From Anaerolineales bacterium (lineage in GTDB: Bacteria; Chloroflexota; Anaerolineae; Anaerolineales; UBA11858): a stretch of DNA of 64,000 bases. Shown here in pieces: positions 26,269 to 37,035 of this stretch. Numbering within the stretch: position 1 is the first letter of the stretch; every line of letters begins with the position of its first letter. The notes below the pieces were generated by a model. The model was given only the letters and a program-made list of their open reading frames with translations. It was not told the DNA's origin and searched no databases. The DNA is taken from assembly GCA_046483045.1 (NCBI GenBank), contig JAWODY010000084.1, positions 6,806-70,805 on the forward strand, given 5' to 3'. The position numbers were made by a program, and so were the translations under genes.

Positions 26269-28477
26269 AGACGAAGAATCGAGGAAGATAAAGGAAATTT
26301 TTGCACAATTATCCTCAAAATCTGATCCTGTAAGGGGGCTGTGGCAGCGATATCGCAGCTACGCCTGGGATCTTGGAGGGATGATTCTGATCGCCTTTTC
26401 TTTGATGACCCTGATCGCCCTCGTTTTTCCAGGTTGGGTTCAGGGTTCCTTGCTGCTCGTTTGGGCGAACATGATCCGGCTCGGTGTGGGATGGGGTGGG
26501 AGTCTTGTCGTTCTTACCGGGATCCTGGTGGGAGTGTGGATGCTGAGAAAGCAGGTGGGAAGCCCTGTTCAGGTGGGTTGGGGACGAGTTTTTGCTTTGG
26601 AAGGAGCGATGTTTGCCTTGATTGCCCTTTTCACCGTCCTGGGTGGACATTCTTTGTCCCGGGCCCGAGAGGGCCTGGATGGCGGTTTGGTCGGATGGGG
26701 TTTAGTAGAAGCTTTCTCGAGTGTGATAGGTTTGTTCGCGACGGGTGTGTTTTCCGTGCTTGGAATATTGGTAGGAGGGATCCTGGGCCTGGATGCCTGG
26801 GATTTGATCGAAAACCAGATCCAGCGATGGATGGATGCTAAGAGAAGAAGTTCCGTTGAAACTGTATCTTCCTCCACCCTGGAAGAGGAGATATCACCGG
26901 TCCAAATGGAGGAACCTGCTCCTGAGAGCCACAAGCCCCGGCGCCGGCTTCCACCTGAATTTAGAAAACAATTCCGGGTAGAAGCCCATGAGGACAAAAA
27001 GGTGTCAGCTCCTCCCCGGGATAAAAATTTGCCTTCTTTGGATCTATTGATATCAGGCCGAACTTCAAAACCAGATCAGCGTCATATCAACACCTCTGCA
27101 GGTTTGATCGAAAAGACACTGGCGGAGTTCGGGATTCCCGTCCAGGTCGTGGGCTTCCAGGTGGGTCCCACGGTGACTCAGTTTGCTGTCAAACCAGGAT
27201 ACATGGGGGAGACTGAGGAGGAAGCGGACGAAGAGAAAAAGAAAGTTCGCGTTTCCAGGATCACGTCACTTAAAAAGGACTTGGCCCTGGCACTGTCCGC
27301 GAAGCGGTTACGGATCGAAGCCCCTGTTCCGGGGCGGCCTTATATCGGCATTGAGGTACCCAATGCCAAGGCGTCTCTTGTTCGTTTACGTCCGCTTTTG
27401 GAATCGGAACCCTTCTTCAAGCTGGATTCACCCCTGGCCATTGCCTTGGGGAGGGATGTTTCCGGAGAACCGGTTGTGGCAGACTTGGTGAATATGCCCC
27501 ATCTCTTGATCGCTGGGACCACGGGTTCCGGGAAGAGTGTGTGTATCACCGCGATGACCACCTGTTTGGTGATGAATAACACCCCGGAGGATTTGCGCCT
27601 GGTGATGATTGATCCCAAGATGGTGGAGTTGGTCCGTTTCAATGGCTTACCCCATCTGTACGGGGACGTGGAAACGGATCTGGAAAGGATTTTAGGGGTT
27701 TTGCAGTGGGTGGTCGCGGAGATGGACCGCCGGTACAAGCTTCTTGAAGACACGGGTTCGAGGAATATCGACACTTATAACCGTAAAATTCGCAGGAGGA
27801 AAAAAGGTGACCCGCTGCCCCGCATTGTGGTTCTGATTGATGAGCTGGCTGATTTGATGATGATGGCGCCCGAACAAACAGAGCACAGTCTGGTCCGCTT
27901 GGCACAAATGGCGCGGGCCACGGGGATCCATCTTGTGGTGGCCACACAAAGGCCCAGCACTGATGTGGTCACCGGTGTGATCAAGGCAAACTTTCCTGCT
28001 CGCTTGTCGTTTGCCGTGGCTTCCGCTGTTGATTCCAGGGTTATCTTGGACAGCAGCGGAGCGGAGTCATTGTTGGGTAACGGAGACATGCTTTTCTTGC
28101 CGCCGGAAGAAGGGAGCCCTCTCCGAGCCCAGGGTTGTATGGTGACCAATAAGGAATTGGAACGAGTGATAAAAGCGTGGAAGAAAATAAGTGAAAAAGG
28201 TGATCTTGAAGATGAGCCGCCTTGGGAAGAAATGCTTATCGAGCAAGCGGCTGTGGAAGAGTACGACGAGTTGGTCAAAGATGCCTTTGAAATTGTGCGG
28301 GATTCCCAGCGGGCTTCCACCTCCATGATCCAGCGTAAGCTTCGTGTGGGCTATCCGCGGGCTGCTCGTTTGATGGATGATCTTGCGGATTTAGGTTATG
28401 TAGGTCCATCGCAGGGCAGCGGTAAAGAGCGGGAGGTATTTATCGATCCTGAGGAGGAATTCAAACCCCAAGAATAA
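26261..28477 (+). CDS. ftsK: DNA translocase FtsK/SpoIIIE
   Basis: N-terminal TM helices and a linker, then the motor domain with Walker A GTTGSGKS and Walker B VVLIDELADL, HLVVATQRPS, and a C-terminal gamma wHTH (ASTSMIQRKLRVGYPRAARLMD). Confidence 0.95.
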   Translation: MAKDEESRKIKEIFAQLSSKSDPVRGLWQRYRSYAWDLGGMILIAFSLMTLIALVFPGWVQGSLLLVWANMIRLGVGWGGSLVVLTGILVGVWMLRKQVGSPVQVGWGRVFALEGAMFALIALFTVLGGHSLSRAREGLDGGLVGWGLVEAFSSVIGLFATGVFSVLGILVGGILGLDAWDLIENQIQRWMDAKRRSSVETVSSSTLEEEISPVQMEEPAPESHKPRRRLPPEFRKQFRVEAHEDKKVSAPPRDKNLPSLDLLISGRTSKPDQRHINTSAGLIEKTLAEFGIPVQVVGFQVGPTVTQFAVKPGYMGETEEEADEEKKKVRVSRITSLKKDLALALSAKRLRIEAPVPGRPYIGIEVPNAKASLVRLRPLLESEPFFKLDSPLAIALGRDVSGEPVVADLVNMPHLLIAGTTGSGKSVCITAMTTCLVMNNTPEDLRLVMIDPKMVELVRFNGLPHLYGDVETDLERILGVLQWVVAEMDRRYKLLEDTGSRNIDTYNRKIRRRKKGDPLPRIVVLIDELADLMMMAPEQTEHSLVRLAQMARATGIHLVVATQRPSTDVVTGVIKANFPARLSFAVASAVDSRVILDSSGAESLLGNGDMLFLPPEEGSPLRAQGCMVTNKELERVIKAWKKISEKGDLEDEPPWEEMLIEQAAVEEYDELVKDAFEIVRDSQRASTSMIQRKLRVGYPRAARLMDDLADLGYVGPSQGSGKEREVFIDPEEEFKPQE

Positions 28478-28691
28478 GGGGTGAGGTTAAATGATGCCCT
28501 CTGGGTGTTTCTCCTCCAGATGTGCAGGTCTCACCGGACGCTACATTAGCCCCAAGAACGATCTTTTCTGTGGAAGATGGCTCACGGGGATGTACGGGCC
28601 GTTTTTGTTTACACTTTCTCAAGGTTCAAGCCATCGGGAAATGAGGGATGGAGTTTATCTTATTTCCCGCAGTGACTAAAAAAGATAAGAG

Positions 28692-29603
28692 ATGATTACC
28701 ACGAAGAACTTGACCAAACATTTTAAGGATTTTGTCGCTGTTCAGGGAGTCAACCTCGAGGTAAAAGCTGGGGAAGTCTTGGCTTTACTCGGTCCCAATG
28801 GGGCAGGGAAAACTACCACGGTGAGGATGTTGACCACCGTGCTGCGTCCAACACTGGGTCGGGCATGTGTTGCTGGGTATGACATCCTTAAGGAGGATGC
28901 GCAGGTACGCAAATCCGTTGGCGTTTTGACGGAGCACCATGGCTTGTATCAAAGGATGTACATCAAAGAATACCTTGATTTCTTTGGTCAATTATATGAA
29001 CTTGGTTCAGAGGAGCGGGAAGACCGGATTATAGATCTGTTGAATACCTTTGGGCTGGAACAAGAGAGCGACCGCAGGATCGGTGAATTCTCAAAAGGGA
29101 TGCGCCAGAAACTCTCCTTAGCGCGCGCCTTATTACATTCTCCTCCTGTTTTGCTGCTTGATGAGCCCACCTCAGCCATGGATCCGGAAAGCGCTCGCTT
29201 GGTGCGAAATGCGATCAAAAAACTCCGCTCAGAGGAGCGAGCGATTGTGATTTGCACGCATAATCTTTCGGAGGCGGAGGAATTGGCGGACAAAATCGCC
29301 ATCATCCGACGGGGAGAGATCATCGCCAATGGTACACCCCGCCAGCTGAAGCGGCACTTGCTCGGACCCAGTGAATTTGAGGTCCAGTTGCGTGAAACAT
29401 TGGATGGAAAAGATCTGGCATTCTTAGAGATGGTGGAAATCACGGCGACAGGGAAAGATTGGTTCCGTTACCAAACGGCGTCGCCGGACGAGGTGAACCC
29501 TGTGGTCATTAAACGATTGTTGAATGATGACTTCTCTATCATCCGTTTAGGGGAAGTGCAGCGGAGTCTAGAATCTGTGTATTTAGAAGCGGTACATTCG
29601 TGA
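28692..29603 (+). CDS. ABC transporter ATP-binding protein (ABC-2 type)
   Basis: Walker A GPNGAGKTT, signature FSKGMRQK, Walker B LLLDEPTSAMD. Confidence 0.9.
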   Translation: MITTKNLTKHFKDFVAVQGVNLEVKAGEVLALLGPNGAGKTTTVRMLTTVLRPTLGRACVAGYDILKEDAQVRKSVGVLTEHHGLYQRMYIKEYLDFFGQLYELGSEEREDRIIDLLNTFGLEQESDRRIGEFSKGMRQKLSLARALLHSPPVLLLDEPTSAMDPESARLVRNAIKKLRSEERAIVICTHNLSEAEELADKIAIIRRGEIIANGTPRQLKRHLLGPSEFEVQLRETLDGKDLAFLEMVEITATGKDWFRYQTASPDEVNPVVIKRLLNDDFSIIRLGEVQRSLESVYLEAVHS

Positions 29604-31051
29604 GGAACTGGATAGGGAATATGTGTCATACCGTGCGTAGAGCATTGATGATCACGAAGAGAGAGGTCCGCGATCAATTTCGAGACTGGCGAATCGTGAC
29701 CCCGATCATCATCCTCACTCTTTTCTTCCCGGGGTTGATGAATTTTACCGCCCGTAGGGCAGTGGGTTTTGTGGAGAAGTACGGGGCAGATGTGATCGGG
29801 GACCGGTTGATCCCTTTCCTGTTGATGGTGGTTGGTTTCTTTCCCATTTCGGTCTCTTTGGTGATCGCCTTGGAAAGCTTTGTGGGAGAAAAAGAGAGAA
29901 GAAGCATCGAGCCTCTCCTGAGTACCCCTTTGACCAACGTCGAGCTCTATTTGGGTAAATTGATGGCGGTGATGTTTCCTCCCTTGATTGCCAGTTTTCT
30001 GGGAATCGGCGTATACCTGATTGGTGTATACCGCCAGGTGGGTTGGTTCCCCGATCTGATCCTGTTGCTGCAGGTGGTATCGTTGACCACAGTGCAGTCT
30101 TTGGTGATGGTCAGTGGGGCTGTGGTCGTGTCTTCCCAAACCACTTCCGTCCGAGCCGCCAATTTATTGGCTTCCTTCATTATCATCCCCATGGCCATAT
30201 TGTTAGTGGGGGAGAGCATGATCATGTTTTGGGCTCGATATCATATTTTATGGTGGGCGATTTTCGGCCAGGTGGTGATAGCCGGGCTGTTGATCCGGGC
30301 TGGGATCGCTCATTTTAACCGGGAGGATTTGTTAGGGAGGGAACTAGATATCCTTAACTTGGGTTGGGCCTGGCACATTTTTCATGATGAGTTGGTGGGT
30401 AAGGCGGATTCATTTACCGAATGGTGGAGGTGGAAAGTCAAAGGGTCGTTGGCGTCATTGAAGTGGCCGCTTGTCTTATCGCTGCTGATCATGAGCGCAG
30501 GAGTGGCGTTTGGCGGCCTGCAGGCGAAAAACTATCCTTTGCCCTCGGAAGCCCTTGATTGGAAACAGCTTGAGGAAGGGATGTTAAAGGGCATTGAAAC
30601 CTTTGGCACGATTCGATTCTTTTCGGTGGAAAGCGTCGGCATCATTTTCCTGCATAACTTGCGGGTGATCGCCCTGGCGAGTATTTTGGGAGTGTTTTCC
30701 TTTGGGGTTTTGGGTTTGATTGTCCTGGTTTTACCCCTGGGTTTGATCGGTTATTTTACCGGTACCGTGTCTCAGATGGGGATTTCCATTTGGCAGTTTT
30801 TGGTGGCTTTTGTACTTCCCCATGGGGTCGTTGAGATTCCAGCCATCATCCTCACCGGGGCCATTATCTTAAGATTGGGGATCACGCTTGTTACGCCTGC
30901 TGACGGCTCTACGATTGGGGAAGCGTGGCTTCGGTCCTTGGCTGAATGGGTAAAAATCTTTTTTGTCTTCATCGTTCCATTGCTGTTGGCGGCTGCGTTT
31001 TTAGAAGTCTTCGTGACACCAAAAGTGGCGTTATTACTTTTTGGAGGATAA
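29600..31051 (+). CDS. fusion membrane protein: ABC-2 permease-like N-terminal half + SpoIIM/DUF95-like C-terminal half
   Basis: The GTG overlaps the upstream stop (GTGA). The N-terminal half has ITKREVRDQFRDWR, typical of ABC-2 permeases. The C-terminal half has FLHNLRVIALASILGVFSFGV...FVLPHGVVEIPAIILTGA, the SpoIIM-family signature. The start could be later (ATG near 29648). Confidence 0.75.
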   Translation: MRNWIGNMCHTVRRALMITKREVRDQFRDWRIVTPIIILTLFFPGLMNFTARRAVGFVEKYGADVIGDRLIPFLLMVVGFFPISVSLVIALESFVGEKERRSIEPLLSTPLTNVELYLGKLMAVMFPPLIASFLGIGVYLIGVYRQVGWFPDLILLLQVVSLTTVQSLVMVSGAVVVSSQTTSVRAANLLASFIIIPMAILLVGESMIMFWARYHILWWAIFGQVVIAGLLIRAGIAHFNREDLLGRELDILNLGWAWHIFHDELVGKADSFTEWWRWKVKGSLASLKWPLVLSLLIMSAGVAFGGLQAKNYPLPSEALDWKQLEEGMLKGIETFGTIRFFSVESVGIIFLHNLRVIALASILGVFSFGVLGLIVLVLPLGLIGYFTGTVSQMGISIWQFLVAFVLPHGVVEIPAIILTGAIILRLGITLVTPADGSTIGEAWLRSLAEWVKIFFVFIVPLLLAAAFLEVFVTPKVALLLFGG

Positions 31052-31083
31052 TGGGGAATATTCCCTGAGATAAGGAGGGTCGT

Positions 31084-31845
31084 ATGGCTAGAGTCGTGTT
31101 CTTGGGAACGGCAAGCGCGGTGGCTTATGCGGGTCACCAGAATACGCATTTAGTGGTTGAGGGGGACGAACACATTATATTAATAGATTGTGTTGGAAAT
31201 CCAGTCTTGCGTTTGCAGCAAATAGGGATTCATTTTAATAATCTGACGGATTTAATGATCACCCATTTTCACCCCGATCATGTCTCGGGCCTACCCCTCC
31301 TCCTGATGAATATGTGGTTGTTAGGACGCGAGAGACCTCTGTGTGTGTATGGTTCACCGCATTCCATGTCCAGAATCGAGAAGATGATGAATTTGTTTGA
31401 TTGGGAAGAGTGGCCGGATATGTTCCCGGTGGTGTTCCATCGACTTCCAATGAATGAGATGACCCAGGCCTTAAAAAGTGACGATATCCAAATTTTCACT
31501 TCCCCCGTAGAACACCTCATCCCCACTTTGGGCTTGCGGATCGAATTTACCACTAAAGACTTCGTGATTGGGTATTCCTGTGATACGGATCCCTGTCCGC
31601 AGACGGTGGATTTAGCCTCAGAGGGAGATATCCTGATCCATGAAGCAGCGGGTGCGCTTGATGGACACAGTTCGCCGGCTGAGGCAGGGGAGATCGCTCA
31701 GAAGGCAGGTGTGAATAAGCTTTATCTGATTCATTATTCTCTCTATGAGCAGGATGTCCAGACAATGCTTGAGGAAGCCCGAAAAACATTCTCGGGAGAC
31801 GTGGTGTTAGCGGAAGATTTCATGGAGATAGCTGTACCTGATTGA
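31084..31845 (+). CDS. MBL-fold metallo-hydrolase (RNase Z/BN-like)
   Basis: HFHPDHVSG motif and downstream His/Asp ligands. A strong RBS AAGGAGG precedes the ATG. Confidence 0.85.
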   Translation: MARVVFLGTASAVAYAGHQNTHLVVEGDEHIILIDCVGNPVLRLQQIGIHFNNLTDLMITHFHPDHVSGLPLLLMNMWLLGRERPLCVYGSPHSMSRIEKMMNLFDWEEWPDMFPVVFHRLPMNEMTQALKSDDIQIFTSPVEHLIPTLGLRIEFTTKDFVIGYSCDTDPCPQTVDLASEGDILIHEAAGALDGHSSPAEAGEIAQKAGVNKLYLIHYSLYEQDVQTMLEEARKTFSGDVVLAEDFMEIAVPD

Positions 31846-31846
31846 A

Positions 31847-32350
31847 TCACCATCCTTCAATGAAAGGCTCCCACTCTTGATAGCGATTAAGGTATTTCCG
31901 GAATAAATAAGTCGCTGATTTAGGGGGTCTTTTGGGTTTCTTGAGCAGGCTGAGCCCGGATTGGCTGAGCGTTTTCCCCCCTTTTTTATGGTTGCATCGT
32001 ACACAGGCCGTGACCAGGTTTTTCCACGTTGATTCTCCCCCCAGGTGTCTAGGCTGAATATGATCCACCGTGAGGGTGCCGCTTCTCCTACCGCAGTATT
32101 GGCATTTGTAGTGATCCCGCCTGAAAATTTCTTTTTTGTTTAATTTCACCTCGGGATGGGGGCGTTTGACAACTTTTCTCAGGCGAATGATGGATGGTTT
32201 GGGAAATGATTGGGTCACGGTCCGAATCACCCCGCGCCCGTCCAACACTAGATTCGCTTTCCCAATCAGGAGTAAGCCCATGGCTCGTTTTGTTGAGCAC
32301 ACGTTGATGGGTGCGTAATTGCCATTCAGGACCAAAACCGGTTCGTTCAT
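31847..32350 (-). CDS. HNH endonuclease-family protein
   Basis: CQYCGRRSGTLTVDHIQPRHLGGESTWKNLVTACVRCNHKKG (HNH with Cys pairs). ATG 32350 is preferred over the track GTG 32362. A TGcTATAAT promoter lies at 32371-32379 (minus strand). Confidence 0.85.
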   Translation of the reverse strand: MNEPVLVLNGNYAPINVCSTKRAMGLLLIGKANLVLDGRGVIRTVTQSFPKPSIIRLRKVVKRPHPEVKLNKKEIFRRDHYKCQYCGRRSGTLTVDHIQPRHLGGESTWKNLVTACVRCNHKKGGKTLSQSGLSLLKKPKRPPKSATYLFRKYLNRYQEWEPFIEGW

Positions 32351-32488
32351 ATCTCCACTCACCTTGGGAAATTATAGCATGTCCTTTTTGAATTTCTCAA
32401 GGTGTTACTAACGGGAAGGAGAAGCGGTCATGGGCCCGTTTTGACAGTAAGTTTAGGAGTTTTTGGGGGAATGAATCGGGCAGATGCT

Positions 32489-33352
32489 CTAGGCTTTGAG
32501 TGTTTCCGAATAACCGCATAAAGCGATTGCCCCCGGTCCGGTGTTGACACCCAGGACAGGGCCGGTAATGTTGAAAAGCAGTTCTTGGGGTTGATATTCC
32601 TCTTTGATCCGTTGGGCGATCTCACGTGCTTGCTCTTCTGCATCCCCGTGCAGAACCGCAATCCGGATGGGGCGGCTTGTGTCTAATTCTTCGAAAAACT
32701 GGTCGAGTAGCATCTTGATTCCCCTTTTGCGAGTGCGGGCCCGCCCTGCAGCTTCGACGACTCCATCCTGGTGGTTTATTCTTACCAAGGGTTTAAGGTT
32801 AAGAAGGCTGCCCAAGAATTTTGCCGCGCTTCCAATCCTGCCTCCTTTGTGAAGGTACTCTAAGGTATCAAGGAGAACGATCTGGGTCAGATTTTTCCTG
32901 ACGTCAGCCGCTGCGGCGAGGATATCCTCCTCGTCCCTGCCCTCTTTCAGAGCACTGGCCGCCGCTAAAACTTGCCAACCCAGGCTCATAGTTGGCCCTT
33001 TAGAGTCGATGACCCGGATGGGGTGATCGATCTCAGAAGCAACCTGTGTGGCTACGTTATAGGTGCCGCTTAGCGCGCTGCTCACTGTAAAGAGGATGAT
33101 CTTGTCAGCGCCATCTTGGATTGCATCCCGGTAATACCTTTCAAATGTGGCGGGCGTGGGCTGTGTGGTAGTGGGATGGTTGGGATCTTCGCTCAAACGC
33201 TGGTAAAATTCACGGGGTGTAATCTCGATTTGATCTCGGTATGTTTCCTCCCCCCAGATGACGAGCGTGGGAATCACACCGATGTGGTATTCCTCAATCA
33301 ATTCTTGGGGGATGTCGCAGGTGCTGTCGGTCAGGATGGAAATAGTAGGCAT
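32489..33352 (-). CDS. DegV-family fatty-acid-binding protein
   Basis: ILTDSTCDIP, the SSALSGTYN motif and LHKGGRIG. Confidence 0.9.
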   Translation of the reverse strand: MPTISILTDSTCDIPQELIEEYHIGVIPTLVIWGEETYRDQIEITPREFYQRLSEDPNHPTTTQPTPATFERYYRDAIQDGADKIILFTVSSALSGTYNVATQVASEIDHPIRVIDSKGPTMSLGWQVLAAASALKEGRDEEDILAAAADVRKNLTQIVLLDTLEYLHKGGRIGSAAKFLGSLLNLKPLVRINHQDGVVEAAGRARTRKRGIKMLLDQFFEELDTSRPIRIAVLHGDAEEQAREIAQRIKEEYQPQELLFNITGPVLGVNTGPGAIALCGYSETLKA

Positions 33353-33544
33353 TTTGTCCTACCTCTTTGTGGTGAGTTTAAAGGTGGATTCTGGACTGCG
33401 GAGCTCAGGAATTATAACGTATTTTCCTTTCTCATGCTGGCGGGTAGGGAATGTTTCCCTCTTATCCGAGTCAGGATCTCCCATGAGCTTCTGCTGCCGA
33501 TCCTAATGGGGTAAAATGGATGTGTTGAGGTAAAGGAGGCATTT

Positions 33545-34027
33545 TTGAAGAAAAATCTACAAGCATATCTTTTTTTGGGGTCCATTTCAGGTTTTATCGT
33601 TGCTTTGGATCAATGGACCAAATCGGTTGTGGAATCCAATCTGGTCTTTAACTGGACATGGATGCCCGTGGAGTGGTTACGGCCGTATTTAAGGATTGTA
33701 CACTGGAAGAACACAGGGGCAGCATTTGGAATTGGGCAGGGATTGAATTATTTTTTTATGATTCTTTCCATCATCGTGATCCTTGTTATAGTGTATTATT
33801 TTCCCCTCATCCCTGATTCGGATCGTTTTTTTCAAATAGCTTTGAGCATGCAGTTGGGAGGGGCGGTAGGTAATTTGATTGATCGGATCAGCCACGGCTA
33901 TGTGACGGATTTTATCTCTGTGGGTAGATTCCCCGTTTTTAACGTTGCTGATGCCAGCATTACTCTGGGTGTGGGAGTATTGCTGCTGGGGATCTGGTTG
34001 GAGGAACGGGAGAGAAGAGATGAATGA
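33545..34027 (+). CDS. lspA: signal peptidase II (lipoprotein signal peptidase)
   Basis: LDQWTK, WKNTGAAFG, GGAVGNLIDR and FNVADASI. TTG start lies 5 nt after AAGGAGG. Confidence 0.9.
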   Translation: MKKNLQAYLFLGSISGFIVALDQWTKSVVESNLVFNWTWMPVEWLRPYLRIVHWKNTGAAFGIGQGLNYFFMILSIIVILVIVYYFPLIPDSDRFFQIALSMQLGGAVGNLIDRISHGYVTDFISVGRFPVFNVADASITLGVGVLLLGIWLEERERRDE

Positions 34028-34952
34028 AGGTCCATTCACTTTTCGCTACCATGGTGAGGGGGAGGAGCGTTTGGATATCATCCTTTCTGATGAATTTGAA
34101 GAGTATTCGCGAACTCGCTTACAATCGCTGATCAAACAGGGGTTTGTTTCTGTGGGGGAGAAAACGGTGAAAAAGAAAAGCCAGACCATACCCCCTGAGA
34201 TGGAAATCACTGTGGTCATTCCCCCGCCCCGGCCGAGCGAATTGACGCCGGAAGACATACCTTTGGATATCATTTTTGAAGACGAGCATGTGGTAATCGT
34301 CAATAAACCCGCCGGAATGGTCGTCCACCCCTCTGCCGGTCATCCGTCGGGGACGTTGGTGAACGCGGTCTTGGCCCATGTGCCGGAGATCGAAGGCGTA
34401 GGGGGTGTGAAACGCCCAGGTCTCGTCCACCGCTTAGATCAGGACACTTCGGGCATTGTCGTGCTCGCCAAAGATGATCAGGCGCATCAGTTTTTGCAAG
34501 ACCAGTTCCGAAAGAGAGAGGTGGAGAAAGTTTATCTGGCCCTGGTGGATGGTCATCCTCCCTCATCCAAAGGCCGCGTGGAGGTTGCCATCGGCAGAGA
34601 CCCGGACCACAGACAGAGAATGGCACCGGTCTTAGCGCGAAAAGGGAAGGAAGCTATTTCTGAGTATTTCACCAAAGAAACGTTTCCGGAACACACATAC
34701 CTGGAAGTTCATCCTCTGACGGGGAGGACCCATCAGATTCGGGTCCATCTGGCTTTTTTGGAGTGCCCGGTAGTCGCGGATACCACGTACGGCAGGAATC
34801 GCCCTTCATTACCCTTGGACCGCCAATTTTTACATGCCGCGCAGCTGACGATTACTCTGCCAGGAGAACATGGGAGACAAACCTTAACAGCGCCCCTTCC
34901 AGAAGATCTTTTTCGGGTGCTGGAAGATTTGCGTATGGAGAAAAAGAGATGA
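34020..34952 (+). CDS. rluD: RluA-family 23S rRNA pseudouridine synthase (RluD-like)
   Basis: An S4-like N-terminal domain, then the catalytic HRLDQDTSG, and [13 protein letters not shown] 34020 overlaps the lspA stop by 8 nt. Confidence 0.9.
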   Translation: MNEGPFTFRYHGEGEERLDIILSDEFEEYSRTRLQSLIKQGFVSVGEKTVKKKSQTIPPEMEITVVIPPPRPSELTPEDIPLDIIFEDEHVVIVNKPAGMVVHPSAGHPSGTLVNAVLAHVPEIEGVGGVKRPGLVHRLDQDTSGIVVLAKDDQAHQFLQDQFRKREVEKVYLALVDGHPPSSKGRVEVAIGRDPDHRQRMAPVLARKGKEAISEYFTKETFPEHTYLEVHPLTGRTHQIRVHLAFLECPVVADTTYGRNRPSLPLDRQFLHAAQLTITLPGEHGRQTLTAPLPEDLFRVLEDLRMEKKR

Positions 34953-35992
34953 TGCAGATGATTGACATTCGTTCAGATACGGTTACGAAGCCTACCCCTG
35001 AAATGCGAGAAGCAATGGCCTCTGCACGGGTTGGCGATGATGTCTACGGCGAGGATCCTACTGTCAACCAGCTGGAGGCGTACGCAGCTGAACTCTTGGG
35101 GAAAGAAGCGGCTTTGTTTGTCCCCTCGGGCACCATGGGCAACCTGGCTGCTGTCTTAACTCACTGCCGCCGGGGAGACGAGATCATCCTGGGTGACTCA
35201 GCGCACACGTTTTTATTTGAGGTTGGGGGCGTGTCTGCTTTGGGCGGGGTTCAAACGCATCCTGTTCCCAATCAAGCGGATGGAACGCTTCGGTTGGAGG
35301 ATATCAAAAACGCCATCCGACCGCAGAACATACATTATCCAACGACGCGGTTGATTACCCTGGAAAACACACACAACCGCTGCGGTGGTGTGCCCCTCAC
35401 CCTTGACTATACGGAAAAGGTGGGAGCGTTCGCTCAAGAGCAGGGATTGAAGGTCCACCTGGATGGAGCGCGCATTTTCAATGCTGCAGAAGCCTTGGGT
35501 ATGGATGTCAGACAATTGGTGGAGCCCGTGGATTCTGTTATGTTTTGTTTGAGTAAAGGCCTGGCTGCCCCCGTAGGTTCTCTGCTTTGTGGGCGGGAAG
35601 AATTTATCAATCGAGCCAGGAAAATTAGGAAACAGCTAGGGGGCGGCATGCGGCAGGCTGGAATCCTGGCCGCAGCTGGCTTGGTCGCTTTGCAAAAAAT
35701 GAGGCTGCGTCTGGCTGAGGATCATACTCGGGCAAAAAGGTTAGCTGAAGGGTTGAGAAGAGTTTCTGGGCTGGACATGAAACCTACTTCTCCTGCAACC
35801 AATATGGTGTATTGTTCCCTGGAAGAAGGCATTCCCTATGATGGGGAAGAAATAGCAGGACTTCTTGAAAATGAGGGTGTCTTGGTGGGGGTCACCGGTA
35901 AACGGCGTTTTCGGCTGGTAACTCATTATTGGATCCGAGATCCCGACGTAAAAAGCGTGGTCCAGGCTTTTGGGAAGGTGTTGTCATTTTGA
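34949..35992 (+). CDS. ltaE: low-specificity L-threonine aldolase
   Basis: [20 protein letters not shown]...[18 protein letters not shown] 34949 overlaps the rluD stop (ATGA). The upstream part of the longer track ORF lies inside rluD. Confidence 0.9.
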   Translation: MMQMIDIRSDTVTKPTPEMREAMASARVGDDVYGEDPTVNQLEAYAAELLGKEAALFVPSGTMGNLAAVLTHCRRGDEIILGDSAHTFLFEVGGVSALGGVQTHPVPNQADGTLRLEDIKNAIRPQNIHYPTTRLITLENTHNRCGGVPLTLDYTEKVGAFAQEQGLKVHLDGARIFNAAEALGMDVRQLVEPVDSVMFCLSKGLAAPVGSLLCGREEFINRARKIRKQLGGGMRQAGILAAAGLVALQKMRLRLAEDHTRAKRLAEGLRRVSGLDMKPTSPATNMVYCSLEEGIPYDGEEIAGLLENEGVLVGVTGKRRFRLVTHYWIRDPDVKSVVQAFGKVLSF

Positions 35993-36118
35993 TTCTGAAC
36001 CTCCCGATTTGGTCAGTCAACCTGGTCTAAAAATGGGCGGGCGCCCAGATGATATAATTTTTTGATGGGAAGGCTTGTCAATCTATATCGGTGATCATTG
36101 AGAAAGGGAAGGGTGTCC

Positions 36119-36955
36119 ATGCAGAACGATTTTACGATTCAAGAGATTGATAAAATGGCCAAAGCGGTGCAGGATAAGGTTTCCCTGCAGCCGAAGACAG
36201 CAATGATTTTAGGGTCCGGTCTTGGGATCCTTTCTGAAGCGGTGGAAAACGCCACTGTGATCCCGTATCAGGACATCCCAAATTGGCCTGTCTCCACGGT
36301 GGAGGGGCATGCAGGAAACTTGATGATCGGTACACTGGAAGAGAAAGATATCCTGGTTATGAATGGGCGCCTTCATTACTATGAAGGGTATACCATGGAG
36401 CAGGTGACCCTCCCTATCCGTGTTTTACAGCGTTTGGGTATTGAGAACCTGATTGTTACGAACGCGGCAGGGGGCGTGAATCAAACCTTTACCCCCGGTA
36501 ACCCCATGTTGATCACCGATCACATTAACCTTTTAGGTATGGCAGGTCCTAACCCTCTCCGGGGTCCTAACTTGGAAACGTTTGGTCCCCGGTTTCCAGA
36601 TATGAGCCGGGCCTATGACCGGGAGTTGGGGGAAATCGGTCGCCAGGCGGCTGCCGACCTTGAGATCACACTTTATGAAGGGGTGTATGTTTGTTTAGCA
36701 GGGCCAAGTTTTGAGACCCCTGCAGAATTACGATTCTTATCTTCTATTGGCGTGGATGCTGTGGGGATGTCCACTGTACCGGAAGTGATCGTGGCGAATC
36801 ATGGGGGGCAGCGTGTGTTGGGCATCTCGGGCATTACCAACAAATCGAGTCTGTATGGAGAGAAGATGACAACGCATGAAGAGGTAATCGCCACTGGGAA
36901 AATTTTGGCTCCCAAGATGGTGAAGCTGTTAAAAAGTGTGGTGGCTAGATTATAG
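36119..36955 (+). CDS. punA: purine nucleoside phosphorylase (trimeric PNP/PunA type)
   Basis: GSGLG, VEGHAGNLMIG, GRLHYYEGY, TNAAGG and GMSTVPEV. A TGaTATAAT promoter lies at 36050-36058. Confidence 0.9.
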   Translation: MQNDFTIQEIDKMAKAVQDKVSLQPKTAMILGSGLGILSEAVENATVIPYQDIPNWPVSTVEGHAGNLMIGTLEEKDILVMNGRLHYYEGYTMEQVTLPIRVLQRLGIENLIVTNAAGGVNQTFTPGNPMLITDHINLLGMAGPNPLRGPNLETFGPRFPDMSRAYDRELGEIGRQAAADLEITLYEGVYVCLAGPSFETPAELRFLSSIGVDAVGMSTVPEVIVANHGGQRVLGISGITNKSSLYGEKMTTHEEVIATGKILAPKMVKLLKSVVARL

Positions 36956-37035
36956 CGGCCTGTGATCCAAGAAAAGGTTTCTAACTCAGGTGATGACCCG
37001 AACCAGCCATGCCCAAAGTAGATTGAAAAAGATTT

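Noticed and set aside
28478-28691. 214-nt gap between ftsK and the ABC ATPase, with a 62-aa ORF (28491..28679) and a GGTTCAAGCC string reminiscent of a tRNA T-arm
   Set aside because: The flanking bases do not form a T-stem (caagg / catcg do not pair) and no acceptor or anticodon arms are evident. The small ORF has Cys/Arg/Gly-rich composition and no RBS. I could not identify a riboswitch motif, so it is left unannotated.
29468-30139. 223-aa minus-strand ORF
   Set aside because: It is antisense to the ABC ATPase/permease junction, has His/Gln/Arg-rich low-information composition and has no RBS.
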